Part shown: one piece after another, positions 22,429-32,411 of the stretch | Layout: each line of letters begins with the position of its first letter | Numbering within the stretch: the stretch's first letter is position 1 | Assembly (NCBI GenBank): GCA_039804105.1 | Contig: JBDRZU010000001.1 | Coordinates: 1,218,602 to 1,282,601 of the forward strand | Source: a candidate division WOR-3 bacterium | GTDB lineage: Bacteria > Hydrothermota > 32-111 | Direction: 5' to 3' | Length of the DNA: 64,000 bases | The notes under the pieces: model-generated | The model's database searches: none | Seen by the model: only the letters and a program-made list of their open reading frames with translations | What the model was told of the DNA's origin: nothing | Translations under genes and position numbers: made by a program

Positions 22429-22902
22429 ATGTCACCATTAAAATATGAAGCATTTTTTATTACTCCAGAAAATTTTCTTGTTCCTGTACAGAGAAATCAT
22501 ATAGATGTGATCTGTGACCATCCTGAAATTTTTGGGTTTACTTTTGAGTATGTAAAAAATATTTTTCAAAAATATAATGAACCTTTAAAAAGCGAATTTC
22601 AGGCAAGAAAAGAACTTTTGAAAGAAATATTCGAAAAAGGTTATATCAGATTAAGATTTAAAGTAAAGCAGGATTGTTATTGGGAAATAGAACTTTTGAG
22701 TATAGATTGTGAAAAACAGAAAGAACAGATAGTTGCCTGGGCAAAAAAAATGATCTCTGATAAAAATTTTGGTGCTGATATAAACACTCCTGTTAGGGTT
22801 ATTGGGAATGAAAAATGTTGGAATGAGTTTGAAAATCTTACATTGTTTGAACTTTCCAGACAGGAAAGTAGAATGGAATTGAAAATTTTGGATATTTCTT
22901 GA
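22429..22902 (+). CDS. Hypothetical protein
   Basis: 157-aa ORF with AAGGAG upstream. I recognise no family. Confidence 0.5.
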   Translation: MSPLKYEAFFITPENFLVPVQRNHIDVICDHPEIFGFTFEYVKNIFQKYNEPLKSEFQARKELLKEIFEKGYIRLRFKVKQDCYWEIELLSIDCEKQKEQIVAWAKKMISDKNFGADINTPVRVIGNEKCWNEFENLTLFELSRQESRMELKILDIS

Positions 22903-22938
22903 TCTGGAAAATTTTCTTATACTTTTAAAGTTTTCACA

Positions 22939-24129
22939 TTATCTTTTTGTTTTCATAATAAAAATTATAGAAAATAAACTACCTGAAAGAGATGTTAAAA
23001 TTGTAATTCCTCTGGAATTTATTCTTAAATTTGAAAAGATTACAACTGCGAAAATAAAAAAGGTAAAAAAGACAAAAAATAATAAAATTTTTAAATATCT
23101 AAAATTTAAAAATTTATCTGAAAAATGTAAAGGGATCAGAGAAGAAACAAGAAAAACAAAAAAAACATAATTTACAATAGTCAAAACAAATCTAAATTTT
23201 TCATAAAAGTTTATATTGTTTTCTGTAATTAAATAGAAGGAATGATACCCTGAGAAAGATGCCCAGAATTCAGGAATCAAACTTAATAAATATTGAAATT
23301 TTTTGTTTAGATTTAATGATTTTGAATCTAAAAGAATATTGCTTCCATAACTCAAAAATTCAATTTTTTTGTTACAACTTAAATCATTCAATAATTGTTC
23401 CATATTTTTGATATCTTCTAATTTTTCAAACTCATAAGAATGAATATTAACTACAATCATTACATTTTTTAATCTCACATTAAAATTTTTTTGAAAAATT
23501 TCCTTCACTTCTTTTATCGTTGTAGTAAGAGGAAGATATTTAATATCTGAATTGATAGAAAAACCTCTGATTCCCGCAGATATAGTTTTAAAACCTGTCT
23601 TCTCCATAGCAATGATCGTATTTGAATCATATCCATTCCATGGGGGAATAAAAATTTGAATTTTCCTTTCAGTTATAGATTCTAAAAAAATTTTCCCTTC
23701 ATTTAACATTTTAATTTGTGTATCAAGAGGCAAATAGTTAAATTCATATTTAAATCTTCTATCAAAAGAATTATTTTTATGTGTATGTCCATGTAAAGCA
23801 AAAGTGAAAAAATCTACATTTTTGTATTCTGAAATCAAACTTATTTTTTTCTGATTGATTGGTTCAATTCTATTATTTTCGTCCATTGTGAAAGGAACTA
23901 CTCCGACTATAAGAGGAATGGAAAGTTTTGAAAAAGTTTCAAATACTTTTTCTTCAACTCTTATATTGGAGTTATCGGAATAGTCATCCATTCTAAACAC
24001 AAGATTTATCTTTTTATTGTTATTGGATGTGTTTATAAGAAATACCTGAATTAGAATCGAAAAAAACAATATTATAATAAAAACTTTTTTTAAAAAGAAA
24101 TTTGACATTTTTTGATCATTTAACCTCAA
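22939..24129 (-). CDS. Polysaccharide-deacetylase-like (DUF2334-type) protein with C-terminal membrane segments
   Basis: 396 aa. N-terminal TM, FRMDDYSDN and HGHTH motifs resembling DUF2334/deacetylase folds, and a hydrophobic C-terminal third. Confidence 0.45.
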   Translation of the reverse strand: MRLNDQKMSNFFLKKVFIIILFFSILIQVFLINTSNNNKKINLVFRMDDYSDNSNIRVEEKVFETFSKLSIPLIVGVVPFTMDENNRIEPINQKKISLISEYKNVDFFTFALHGHTHKNNSFDRRFKYEFNYLPLDTQIKMLNEGKIFLESITERKIQIFIPPWNGYDSNTIIAMEKTGFKTISAGIRGFSINSDIKYLPLTTTIKEVKEIFQKNFNVRLKNVMIVVNIHSYEFEKLEDIKNMEQLLNDLSCNKKIEFLSYGSNILLDSKSLNLNKKFQYLLSLIPEFWASFSGYHSFYLITENNINFYEKFRFVLTIVNYVFFVFLVSSLIPLHFSDKFLNFRYLKILLFFVFFTFFIFAVVIFSNLRINSRGITILTSLSGSLFSIIFIMKTKR

Positions 24130-24175
24130 TTTTTATGAACTTAAGTTTTTATAAGATCTACAATTTGACAAAAAT

Positions 24176-24199
24176 GTCAAAAAGTCAAGCACCGTCCCC
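24176..24199 (+). repeat. Conserved intergenic motif, copy b (forward)
   Basis: GTCAAAAAGTCAAGCACCGTCCCC. Its reverse complement encodes the last residues (GDGA) and the TGA stop of the 24185-24769 minus-strand gene. Confidence 0.95.
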
Positions 24200-24769
24200 A
24201 TTATTGAATTTTCTGTCGAGGAGGAGGAGGAAGGTGTCGAAGACAGAGTCGTTAAAGTTGTCGTTTGTGATTCTTAATCGTTTACCTGAAAAAATTGTGA
24301 TCTGTGAAAACAGGTACCTGTTTGCTTTTCCCCCAAGTAGAATGTTTACTATCTTTCTATTGATTTTTTCAAATCTGTCTATACCTGTTATTTCACTATA
24401 AGGGATAAACTCTTCTTTTAAATTTTTACCTCTTTTTAAGAAGATACCTTTATCTGTTAAAAAAACAACTCTTATACCCTTCGTTTCCCAGACGATTTGA
24501 TCGATTATCATATAGATCACAAAAATTATAAAAATTACTGTGAGTGCGTGTTTTGTATACAACAATCTTATTTTCATCAGATTAAAGATGAAAAATCCAG
24601 CAATTATTGTTACAACAACCTTTACAAAAAGTTGCATCGGCAGAGAATCTGATCCCATCGCAAAAAAAGCACCTTCTGGAACATTATCTGTTAATACAGA
24701 TCTTTTTCTACCTGAATAGTTATTTTCGTCTTTCAGTATATAACCGTTATTATCAGTAAAGATTATCAT
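24185..24769 (-). CDS. Membrane protein with bacterial PH-like (DUF304-type) C-terminal domain
   Basis: 194 aa. Two central TM helices followed by a beta-rich segment (IRVVFLTDKGIFLKRGK...ITGIDRFE), typical of bPH domains. Confidence 0.4.
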   Translation of the reverse strand: MIIFTDNNGYILKDENNYSGRKRSVLTDNVPEGAFFAMGSDSLPMQLFVKVVVTIIAGFFIFNLMKIRLLYTKHALTVIFIIFVIYMIIDQIVWETKGIRVVFLTDKGIFLKRGKNLKEEFIPYSEITGIDRFEKINRKIVNILLGGKANRYLFSQITIFSGKRLRITNDNFNDSVFDTFLLLLDRKFNNGDGA

Positions 24770-24787
24770 AAATAAATTTGTTTTTCA

Positions 24788-25654
24788 TCATAAAAATTTA
24801 TAAGTCAGGCCTATTCCTAAAATCTCCTTCATTCTTACTTTGCTGTCGATTTCTTTGTCGTAAAGCACCAAAAAGTTAAAGTTTACTGAAATGTATTGAT
24901 ATATTTTAACATTCACGATATTATCAAATGAAACATCTACCATTTTCCAGTAATCCTGCTGAGGTGTTCCAACAAGTTCATCCGCTTTTGAATTAAATAG
25001 TGCTTTATAAAGGTTTAATTTGAAAGTGTAATTTGCATACTCCTTTAAAGGAACAAATCCTTCTGTCACGAACTCAAAACCACCATCGACTCTTGTGTCA
25101 ATACCTCTTGAAAGAGTTATACTATCTTTTATAGCATTTCGGTTGATACTCTGTTTAAAAGCACCACCAAATCTTGATGAGATTTCCAATTTTTCCTTTT
25201 TGTATAATACTCTTGCAACACCAAGTCCTTCTGTGAATTTTAAGGGATTTATAAAACATGTTTTTAAAGTATCTGATTCATCAATAAATTGGGATTCCAT
25301 CCTCACAGAAACGAATGGATCAACAAGAAAGTTCAACAAGAATCTTTCTACAGATTCAATATCTATTATATCGGATGACTTGAAGAAATCACTCCATACA
25401 GTATCAATTTTTGTTGAACTCTGTCCAAACGAAAGTTTTACTTTGTTGGTGCTGTTTAAAAAAGTGTAGATATCTTTTGAGAATAAACCATTTCCATTTG
25501 CAGTCCAGTTAAGATTTGATGATTCTTTTCCGTCCCAATTATCGGAGTAATTATTAAAACTTAATATTAAAGAACCATCAAAAGATTTTTGCCATCCCTG
25601 AGAAAACAACATTAACGAAAAGGCTAAGATCAAAATTATAAAAAATTTTTTCAT
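24788..25654 (-). CDS. Putative outer-membrane beta-barrel protein (DUF3078-like)
   Basis: 288 aa. Signal peptide MKKFFIILILAFSLMLFSQ, alternating beta-strand pattern, C-terminal GLTYKFL. Confidence 0.45.
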   Translation of the reverse strand: MKKFFIILILAFSLMLFSQGWQKSFDGSLILSFNNYSDNWDGKESSNLNWTANGNGLFSKDIYTFLNSTNKVKLSFGQSSTKIDTVWSDFFKSSDIIDIESVERFLLNFLVDPFVSVRMESQFIDESDTLKTCFINPLKFTEGLGVARVLYKKEKLEISSRFGGAFKQSINRNAIKDSITLSRGIDTRVDGGFEFVTEGFVPLKEYANYTFKLNLYKALFNSKADELVGTPQQDYWKMVDVSFDNIVNVKIYQYISVNFNFLVLYDKEIDSKVRMKEILGIGLTYKFL

Positions 25655-25668
25655 TTTTTCTCCTAATT

Positions 25669-26103
25669 TTATTTTAATTCAGATGTGCAGTTTGGACATC
25701 TTGTTGCTTTGATGTTGATCTGAGAGAAGCAATACGGACATTCCTTTGTTGATACAGGTTTTGGTTCCTCTTTTTTTCTGTTGAGTTTGTTTATCTGTTT
25801 TATCAAAAGGAACATTACAAGAGAAACTATAACAAAATCTATCAAAACGTTTATGAAAACTCCATAATTTAAGGTTGCTGCACCAGCTGCTTTTGCCTCC
25901 TGTAAAGATTTATATCCTTTTCCGGAAAGGTCTATAAAAAGATTTGAAAAATCAACTTTTCCAAGTAAAAGCCCAAGAGGTGGCATCAGAATATCGTTTA
26001 CAAGGGATGTAATTATTTTTCCAAAAGCGGATCCAAGAATAATACCAACTGCAAGATCGAGCATGTTTCCTTTTAAAGCAAACTCTTTGAACTCTTTGAA
26101 CAT
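25669..26103 (-). CDS. mscL: Large-conductance mechanosensitive channel MscL with C-terminal zinc-ribbon extension
   Basis: N-terminus [44 protein letters not shown] is canonical MscL. The tail is CPYC...RCPNC. Confidence 0.9.
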   Translation of the reverse strand: MFKEFKEFALKGNMLDLAVGIILGSAFGKIITSLVNDILMPPLGLLLGKVDFSNLFIDLSGKGYKSLQEAKAAGAATLNYGVFINVLIDFVIVSLVMFLLIKQINKLNRKKEEPKPVSTKECPYCFSQINIKATRCPNCTSELK

Positions 26104-26120
26104 TTTTCCCTCCTTACAAT

Positions 26121-26501
26121 TTAAAAGTAAATGATGATATTGTTATTTTCATCGATTTTATAATTTTTAAAATAGTTCTGGTTTTCCTTCAAAAAACTTT
26201 TTACACTTTCAAAAAGAACAGGTTCTTCAAGAGAATGTTTTCCTTTACCACATATCAGTTTTAGTTTTTTTAAATTTTCTTTTTTTGCTGATTTCAATAT
26301 TATTAAAACCTTTTCCAGAGCTTCATTTTTTGTATATTTATGTAGATCAACAGTTTTTGTTTTTCTATCATAATTATAATTTTCATCTTTATTTTTTACA
26401 GGATATCTGTTTAAAAGTTCCTCAAACTTTTTATAATTTTTTTCTTCTCCCATGAACTCGATTATACCTGGTTTCACTTTTTTTTCAACAAATTTTGCCA
26501 T
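26121..26501 (-). CDS. Smr-domain protein
   Basis: 126 aa. [15 protein letters not shown]...LICGKGKHS matches the Smr (MutS2 C-terminal) domain pattern. Confidence 0.65.
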   Translation of the reverse strand: MAKFVEKKVKPGIIEFMGEEKNYKKFEELLNRYPVKNKDENYNYDRKTKTVDLHKYTKNEALEKVLIILKSAKKENLKKLKLICGKGKHSLEEPVLFESVKSFLKENQNYFKNYKIDENNNIIIYF

Positions 26502-27547
26502 TCTGCTAACTTTTGTTTGAAGAGTTCTTCATCGGGTGAGAGTTCAACAGCCTTTTTTTCTGCCTCGATCGCTTTTTTGATATTTTTCATCCTGAAATAT
26601 ATCTCTCCAAGAGTGTCCCATATATTTGCATCATCATTTTTCAAACCTATCGCTTTTTTTGCGTATTCAAGCGCCTTTTCAAGTTTAAAATTATTTATAG
26701 CCATTTCCCATGCAACAGAGTTGAACATATCAGCACTTTGAGGATATTTTTCCAAAATTTTGGATACCCTTTTAAAACTCTCCTCTGCTTTTTGTTCTTT
26801 TTTCTCTTTCAAAGCATCTATCGTTATTCTTATGTATGAACTCACAAGAAATGTTTCCTCATTTAAGTAGTATAATCTTTCAAGTTCTTCAATTGGTTTT
26901 TCACTGTCATCAACTCTTATATCTATCATTCGATCATCGAATCCAGAGTACCCTCCATTTTTTGAAACAACGAGAAGTGCGGCACTCTGCATGCCTCTGC
27001 TATCACCACCCGCTTTTTGACCCGCCTTCAATGCCTCAATCAGTTTAATGGCAAGTGTGCCAGAACTGTTTTCAAAAGCAAAAGCCATACTTTTTAAAAC
27101 ATCTTCTGATGCGAGGATATTCCCCTGAACTGTAAAATTTTTTCCAACTATATGACCGGCATAATATGAACAGTTTTTTCCTGTATAAGCGTAAGCGTTT
27201 CCGTATTTATCGACAACTCCTATCTGTCTATATGCAGAATCAGGATCATCTTTGATCAAAAGTTCTATCACCTCTTTTGCACTATAACCTTCAGAAAAGA
27301 GTTTTATCGCTTTTTCTTTGAAAGTCGTATTTCCCCATGCCTGTGTTGCAATAGCACCGTAATATGCTTTTGCCTGAGGGACAACTGCTCCAACAGCGAA
27401 AAATTTTGACTGAACAGCAACACCCCATTCTTCCATCAAACTATCGTATGCAACGATAGAAAAAGTAGCAATATTTTGTGTTCTATCAAAAGCAAACAGG
27501 AGAAAAAAGATAAAAATAATGATCAAAACAAAAGAAATTTTTCTCAT
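26474..27547 (-). CDS. DUF1028 (Ntn-hydrolase-like) protein with C-terminal TPR repeats
   Basis: 357 aa. The signal peptide is followed by TFSIVAYD...WGVAVQSKFFAVGAVVPQAKA, typical of DUF1028. The C-terminal third is TPR-like. Confidence 0.6.
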   Translation of the reverse strand: MRKISFVLIIIFIFFLLFAFDRTQNIATFSIVAYDSLMEEWGVAVQSKFFAVGAVVPQAKAYYGAIATQAWGNTTFKEKAIKLFSEGYSAKEVIELLIKDDPDSAYRQIGVVDKYGNAYAYTGKNCSYYAGHIVGKNFTVQGNILASEDVLKSMAFAFENSSGTLAIKLIEALKAGQKAGGDSRGMQSAALLVVSKNGGYSGFDDRMIDIRVDDSEKPIEELERLYYLNEETFLVSSYIRITIDALKEKKEQKAEESFKRVSKILEKYPQSADMFNSVAWEMAINNFKLEKALEYAKKAIGLKNDDANIWDTLGEIYFRMKNIKKAIEAEKKAVELSPDEELFKQKLAEWQNLLKKK

Positions 27548-28443
27548 ATCTCCTCCAGAATATTTTTTTTGATCCAGAAAATTATATCATCATAAACTTC
27601 GTATCTGTTGGTTTCATTTAAAAGTTCATGTCTTCTGTTTTCGTAAAATTTTATTGAAACATTTTTCAGTCCAGATTTCTTGTAAAGATTAAAACTTTCA
27701 AGAACCCCTTTTCCAAAATTTCCAACAGGATCATCTTTCCCCGAGATAAAAAGTACTGGAAGGTTTTTATCCGTTTTCTTAATATTTTCGAATTTACTCA
27801 ATCTGAAGTACCCCAGAATCATGTCAAGAAAAAATGCTGATGAAACCGGGACTCCACAGTATGGATCATTTTTATAATCTAATACTTTTTCTTTATCTGA
27901 ACTTAACCATGAAAACATTTTTTCCTCATCATTAAAACGAAGGTTGTAAGAACCAAATTGCAGATAAAACAAAGTTTTACTTAAATGTTTTTTACCAAAA
28001 AAAGATGTTTCAAAAAGCGATATTACGAGTGCAACGATCTCATTGATAAAAGGTTTACCGTTAGCACCCGATAGAATGAGCCCATCAATACCTTTATACT
28101 TTTGAACATATCTCCTTGCAAGCATAGATCCCATACTATGACCTAAAAGTACAACCTTTTTTGATCGATTCTCTTTTCGTATTATACCGTTCAAAAGAAA
28201 AATATCATCAACGAGTTTTTCCCATACTTTGAGATTGTCATAGCATCCAGTTACACCGTTTATACTGTTTTCTCCAAAACCATAATGATCGTTGATGTAA
28301 ACTGCAAAATTGTTTTTTATAAGATAGTCGATAAATTCATAATATCTTCTTTTGTGCTCAACGAGTCCATGTGATATCTGGATGACAACATCATAACCTT
28401 TTTCAGGGATAAATTTTTCATAAAGTAAATTTTTTATTTTCAT
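27544..28443 (-). CDS. Alpha/beta hydrolase (lysophospholipase/monoacylglycerol-lipase-like)
   Basis: 299 aa with nucleophile elbow GHSMGS and the overall layout of hydrolase family 4/6. Confidence 0.75.
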   Translation of the reverse strand: MKIKNLLYEKFIPEKGYDVVIQISHGLVEHKRRYYEFIDYLIKNNFAVYINDHYGFGENSINGVTGCYDNLKVWEKLVDDIFLLNGIIRKENRSKKVVLLGHSMGSMLARRYVQKYKGIDGLILSGANGKPFINEIVALVISLFETSFFGKKHLSKTLFYLQFGSYNLRFNDEEKMFSWLSSDKEKVLDYKNDPYCGVPVSSAFFLDMILGYFRLSKFENIKKTDKNLPVLFISGKDDPVGNFGKGVLESFNLYKKSGLKNVSIKFYENRRHELLNETNRYEVYDDIIFWIKKNILEEI

Positions 28444-28500
28444 TTTCTTAATTATAATCTGTGAAATTTTTTTTTCAACAAATCAAAAGATTACAAAATT

Positions 28501-28544
28501 TTAACATCAAATTAACATTTTCTTAACATTTTCAAATTACATTA
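28501..28544 (+). repeat. Three to four direct TTAACAT repeats at an 11-bp period in a divergent promoter region
   Basis: TTAACAT at 28501, 28512 and 28523, plus degenerate ATTACAT at about 28536. Lies between the divergent genes 27544-28443(-) and 28572-29333(+). Confidence 0.6.
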
Positions 28545-28571
28545 AGATAAATTAGATAAAAAGGAGAAAAA

Positions 28572-29333
28572 ATGAAATTGTGTCATATATCGGATTTCCA
28601 TTTTTCATCGAACTATTTGGTAAAATATGGCGAAAAAGTTCTCTACTATCTGGACAAGATTAGACCCGATTTTGTTGTTATCACTGGAGATCTAACAGAC
28701 AATGGTTACTATGAAGAGTTTCTCGATGCAAAAAAGTATATAGATAAAATAAGCTGTGAAAATGTTTTGACTGTTATGGGAAACCATGATGCAAGAAATG
28801 GTGGTTATGAAATTTTTGAGGAAATTTTTAAGACAAGATACCCTGTTGTGGAGAGTAGAAATTTGATAATACTTGGAATCGATTCATCTGAACCAGATAT
28901 CGATGAAGGGCATATCGGTAGAGCAAACTATTCTTACATTGAAGAGAAACTAAAAAAAGAGAAAAATTGTAAAATAATCGCTTTACATCATCACCTGATA
29001 CCGATACCAAAGACCGGAAGGGAGAGACATATCCCTGTTGATAGTGGGGATTTCTTGAAACTTATCGATGATCTTCAAGTCGATATTGTTCTTTCGGGAC
29101 ATAAACATAACCAGTGGATCTGGAGGTTAAACAATACGATATTTGTCACATGTGGAACATCAACTTCAAAAAAACTGAAAGGAAAAGGTTATCAGAGTTT
29201 TAATCTAATAGAAGTCGAAAAAGAGTTTATTTCAATAGATGAAATAAATCTTACAAACGATGAGAAAAGATCTATAAGTTACAACAGAAAAAATAAAGTT
29301 GATTACCTTTATATCAAATATAAAGTGTTTTAA
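28572..29333 (+). CDS. Calcineurin-like metallophosphoesterase
   Basis: 253 aa with motifs DFH, GDLTDNG, GNHD, HHH and GHKH in canonical order. Confidence 0.8.
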   Translation: MKLCHISDFHFSSNYLVKYGEKVLYYLDKIRPDFVVITGDLTDNGYYEEFLDAKKYIDKISCENVLTVMGNHDARNGGYEIFEEIFKTRYPVVESRNLIILGIDSSEPDIDEGHIGRANYSYIEEKLKKEKNCKIIALHHHLIPIPKTGRERHIPVDSGDFLKLIDDLQVDIVLSGHKHNQWIWRLNNTIFVTCGTSTSKKLKGKGYQSFNLIEVEKEFISIDEINLTNDEKRSISYNRKNKVDYLYIKYKVF

Positions 29334-29371
29334 ATTGACATAGTTTTAAAATCCTCTATCATATCCTTTAT

Positions 29372-30235
29372 ATGAAATTGATAGAAGACAAAGTTTTTTT
29401 TGCAGATCTGATGCTTTTGTTTACAACTTTGATGTGGGGCTTAACTTTTGTTACAGTAAAAGATGGGACAAAATATTCCTCTTTTTCGGTTTTTATCTTT
29501 GTAAGATTTTTTGTATCATCTATTCTTATTTTTCCCTTTACAATCAAAAAATTAAAATCTTTAAGTTCTAAAAATATTTTTGATGGATTTGTTCTTGGCG
29601 TTTTTGTTTTCCTTGGTTTTTTACTTCAAACTGCAGGTCTTAAATACACAACACCTTCAAGATCAGCATTCATTACTGGGTTATCCGTTATTATAGTCCC
29701 ATTTCTTTCATTTTTCTTTTTTAAGAAAAAAGTTTCGCTTACAATTTTTTTCGCTCTGTTATTATCAGTTACAGGACTTCTTTTCATGTTTAATCCTTCT
29801 TTTTCAACAGGAATCAACAGAGGAGATGTTTATACATTTTTCTGTGCTTTTGTTTTCGCTTTTGTTATAATATTTGTTCAAATATTCAACAAAAGGAATG
29901 ACAGTTTTTTACTTGTTTTTATACAATTTCTGACGGTTTCGTTTTTTTCTTTGATTTTTATATTTCTTGACGATTTTTATATTTCTTTTAATAAAAATTT
30001 TTTTGTTGGTATGTTTTATACTTCAGTATTCGCAACATTTCTTGCACTCTTGATACAAAATAGATTTCAAAAGGATACAGATGAAATAAGAGCAGGGATA
30101 ATCTATACACTTGAACCTGTTTTTGCTTCAATTTTTTCATATTTTATATTCAAAGAGCACTTTACAATAGGATTTTTAATCGGGAGTTTCTTGATTTTTT
30201 CTGGATTTTTGATTTCAAAAATTTTTGTCAAATAA
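29372..30235 (+). CDS. EamA/DMT-family transporter
   Basis: 287 aa with about 10 TM segments and two-fold EamA-like organisation. Confidence 0.65.
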   Translation: MKLIEDKVFFADLMLLFTTLMWGLTFVTVKDGTKYSSFSVFIFVRFFVSSILIFPFTIKKLKSLSSKNIFDGFVLGVFVFLGFLLQTAGLKYTTPSRSAFITGLSVIIVPFLSFFFFKKKVSLTIFFALLLSVTGLLFMFNPSFSTGINRGDVYTFFCAFVFAFVIIFVQIFNKRNDSFLLVFIQFLTVSFFSLIFIFLDDFYISFNKNFFVGMFYTSVFATFLALLIQNRFQKDTDEIRAGIIYTLEPVFASIFSYFIFKEHFTIGFLIGSFLIFSGFLISKIFVK

Positions 30236-30308
30236 TTGCCAGCTTATTGATTTTTACAAAAAATAATATACAATAAATAAGTTTTAATAATTTTTAGGAG
30301 GTTTTTAA

Positions 30309-31421
30309 ATGGTGAAAGTTCCTTTTCTTGATCTTAAAATTCAATATCATTCGATAAAGAATGAAGTTGACAAAAAACTTGTTGAAGTTTGTGAAAACAC
30401 CGCTTTTTCTATGGGTCCTTTTGTTGAAGAGTTTGAAAAAAACTTTGCTGAATATTTAGGTGTAAAACATTTTGTTGCCACAAGTACGGGAACGAGTGCT
30501 CTACATTCTGCACTTCTGGCTTTTGGAATAGGTAATGGTGATGAGGTTCTTGTTCCAGTTAACACTTTCACAGCGACAGCTGAAGCGGTTGTTATGGTTG
30601 GTGCAAAACCTGTTTTTGTTGACAACGATCCTTTGACATACAATATGGATATATCAAAAATAGAAAAACTTATAACCCATAAGACAAGAGCAATAATTCC
30701 TGTTCATCTTTATGGTCAACCGATAGATATGGAAAAGATAGTTGAAATCGCATCTAAACACAATCTTATCGTAATTGAAGATTGTGCACAGGCACATGGA
30801 GCAAAATTTAAGGGAAAAATGGTTGGAACTTTTGGACATGCTGCATGTTTTTCTTTTTACCCTGGAAAAAATCTTGGATCCTATGGTGAAGGTGGAGGAG
30901 TAGCAACAAATTCAGATGAGGTTGCTGAAAAGATAGATAAAATCAGAAACCATGGATCGAAGATAAAATATGTGCATGAATTTGTTGGATATAACTACCA
31001 TATGCATGGTTTTCAGGGTGCTGTTTTAACTATCAAATTGAAATACCTTGATGGCTGGAACAAAAAAAGAAGGGAGATTGCGGAGAAATATACTCAAAAA
31101 CTTAAAGAGATAAAAGATCTTGCATTGCCCTATGTTCAAAAGGAATGTGAACATGTTTTTCATCTTTATGTTATAAGAACAAGTTATAGAGAAGAATTGA
31201 AACAGTTTTTGAACGATAATGGAGTTGGAACAAATATACATTATCCATATCCATTACATCTTCAGGAATCATACAAGTTTCTCGGATACAAACAGGGAGA
31301 TTTTCCTGTTGCTGAAGATTATGCACCGAAACTTCTTTCTTTGCCAATGTTCCCCGAGATGACGGATGAACAGATCGATTATGTGGTTGAAAAGATAAAA
31401 GAATTTTACAGAGGAAAATAG
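30309..31421 (+). CDS. DegT/DnrJ/EryC1/StrS-family PLP-dependent sugar aminotransferase
   Basis: 370 aa. The family-typical N-terminus (VPFLDLKIQY) and the FYPGKNLG region containing the PLP lysine match the DegT family. Confidence 0.9.
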   Translation: MVKVPFLDLKIQYHSIKNEVDKKLVEVCENTAFSMGPFVEEFEKNFAEYLGVKHFVATSTGTSALHSALLAFGIGNGDEVLVPVNTFTATAEAVVMVGAKPVFVDNDPLTYNMDISKIEKLITHKTRAIIPVHLYGQPIDMEKIVEIASKHNLIVIEDCAQAHGAKFKGKMVGTFGHAACFSFYPGKNLGSYGEGGGVATNSDEVAEKIDKIRNHGSKIKYVHEFVGYNYHMHGFQGAVLTIKLKYLDGWNKKRREIAEKYTQKLKEIKDLALPYVQKECEHVFHLYVIRTSYREELKQFLNDNGVGTNIHYPYPLHLQESYKFLGYKQGDFPVAEDYAPKLLSLPMFPEMTDEQIDYVVEKIKEFYRGK

Positions 31422-32411
31422 ATGAAAACAGTTGCTGTGGTTGGTTATGGTTATTGGGGACCGAATCTTTTGAGAGTTCTCGATTCTTTAAAAAAGACGA
31501 AAGTAAAGTATGTCTGTGATCTGAATGAAAGAAGGTTACATGAAGCAAAAGAGAAATATCCAAACTATATCTATACAACGAATGTTGAAAACATATTTAA
31601 CGATAAAGAAGTCGATGGAATAATAATAGCAACTCCAATAGAATCACATTATACTCTTGCAAAAAAAGGTTTTGAGAGCGGAAAAGATGTTTTTGTTGAA
31701 AAACCTCTCACAGGTTCTTCAAAAGAATCTCTTGAACTGGTGGAGTTGAGTAAAAAACATGGAAAGATTCTGATGGTTGGACATACGTTCGTATATTCTC
31801 CGCCAGTAAGAAAGATGAAAAGTTTGATCGATTCTGGAGAGCTTGGAGAAATATATTTTATGACAAGTTCAAGAGTCAACCTTGGGTTACACAGAAAATC
31901 GATTTCAGTTGTTTGGGATCTTGCACCACACGATCTTTCGATAATCTTTTATTGTCTTGGAGAGTTTCCAACATTTATCGATGCTATAGGTAGAGATTCG
32001 ATAATAAAAGGAATTCCCGATGTATCCTTCATAAATTTAAAGTTTCCTTCAAACATAGTTGCCAATATTGAACTATCATGGCTTGCTCCAACAAAGATGA
32101 GAAGGACAGTTGTTGTTGGTTCAAAAAAGATGCTTGTTTACGATGATGGTGAACCAAATGAAAAAGTGAGAGTTTACGATAAAGGTATAGAGATAAAAGA
32201 GCCAGAATCGTTTGGAGAGTATCAATTGACATATAGAACAGGTGATATGTATGTTCCAAGGATTGAGAATGTTGAACCGTTGAAACTGGAAATGGAAGAG
32301 TTCATCGATTGTATGGAAACAAGAAACAAACCTCTTTCCGATGGAGAGTTTGGTTTGAAGATTGTCGAAACCATAGAAAAGGCGGATAAGATTCTTTATG
32401 AATCTCTATGA
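31422..32411 (+). CDS. Gfo/Idh/MocA-family NAD(P)-dependent oxidoreductase
   Basis: 329 aa. Rossmann N-terminus VAVVGYGYWG and an EKP motif (VFVEKPL). Confidence 0.85.
   Translation: MKTVAVVGYGYWGPNLLRVLDSLKKTKVKYVCDLNERRLHEAKEKYPNYIYTTNVENIFNDKEVDGIIIATPIESHYTLAKKGFESGKDVFVEKPLTGSSKESLELVELSKKHGKILMVGHTFVYSPPVRKMKSLIDSGELGEIYFMTSSRVNLGLHRKSISVVWDLAPHDLSIIFYCLGEFPTFIDAIGRDSIIKGIPDVSFINLKFPSNIVANIELSWLAPTKMRRTVVVGSKKMLVYDDGEPNEKVRVYDKGIEIKEPESFGEYQLTYRTGDMYVPRIENVEPLKLEMEEFIDCMETRNKPLSDGEFGLKIVETIEKADKILYESL

Noticed and set aside
24102-24401. 99-aa plus-strand ORF spanning motif copy b.
   Set aside because: It overlaps the 5' end of one minus-strand gene and the 3' end of another. It has no RBS and its sequence is implausible, so it is judged an artefact of the intergenic repeat.
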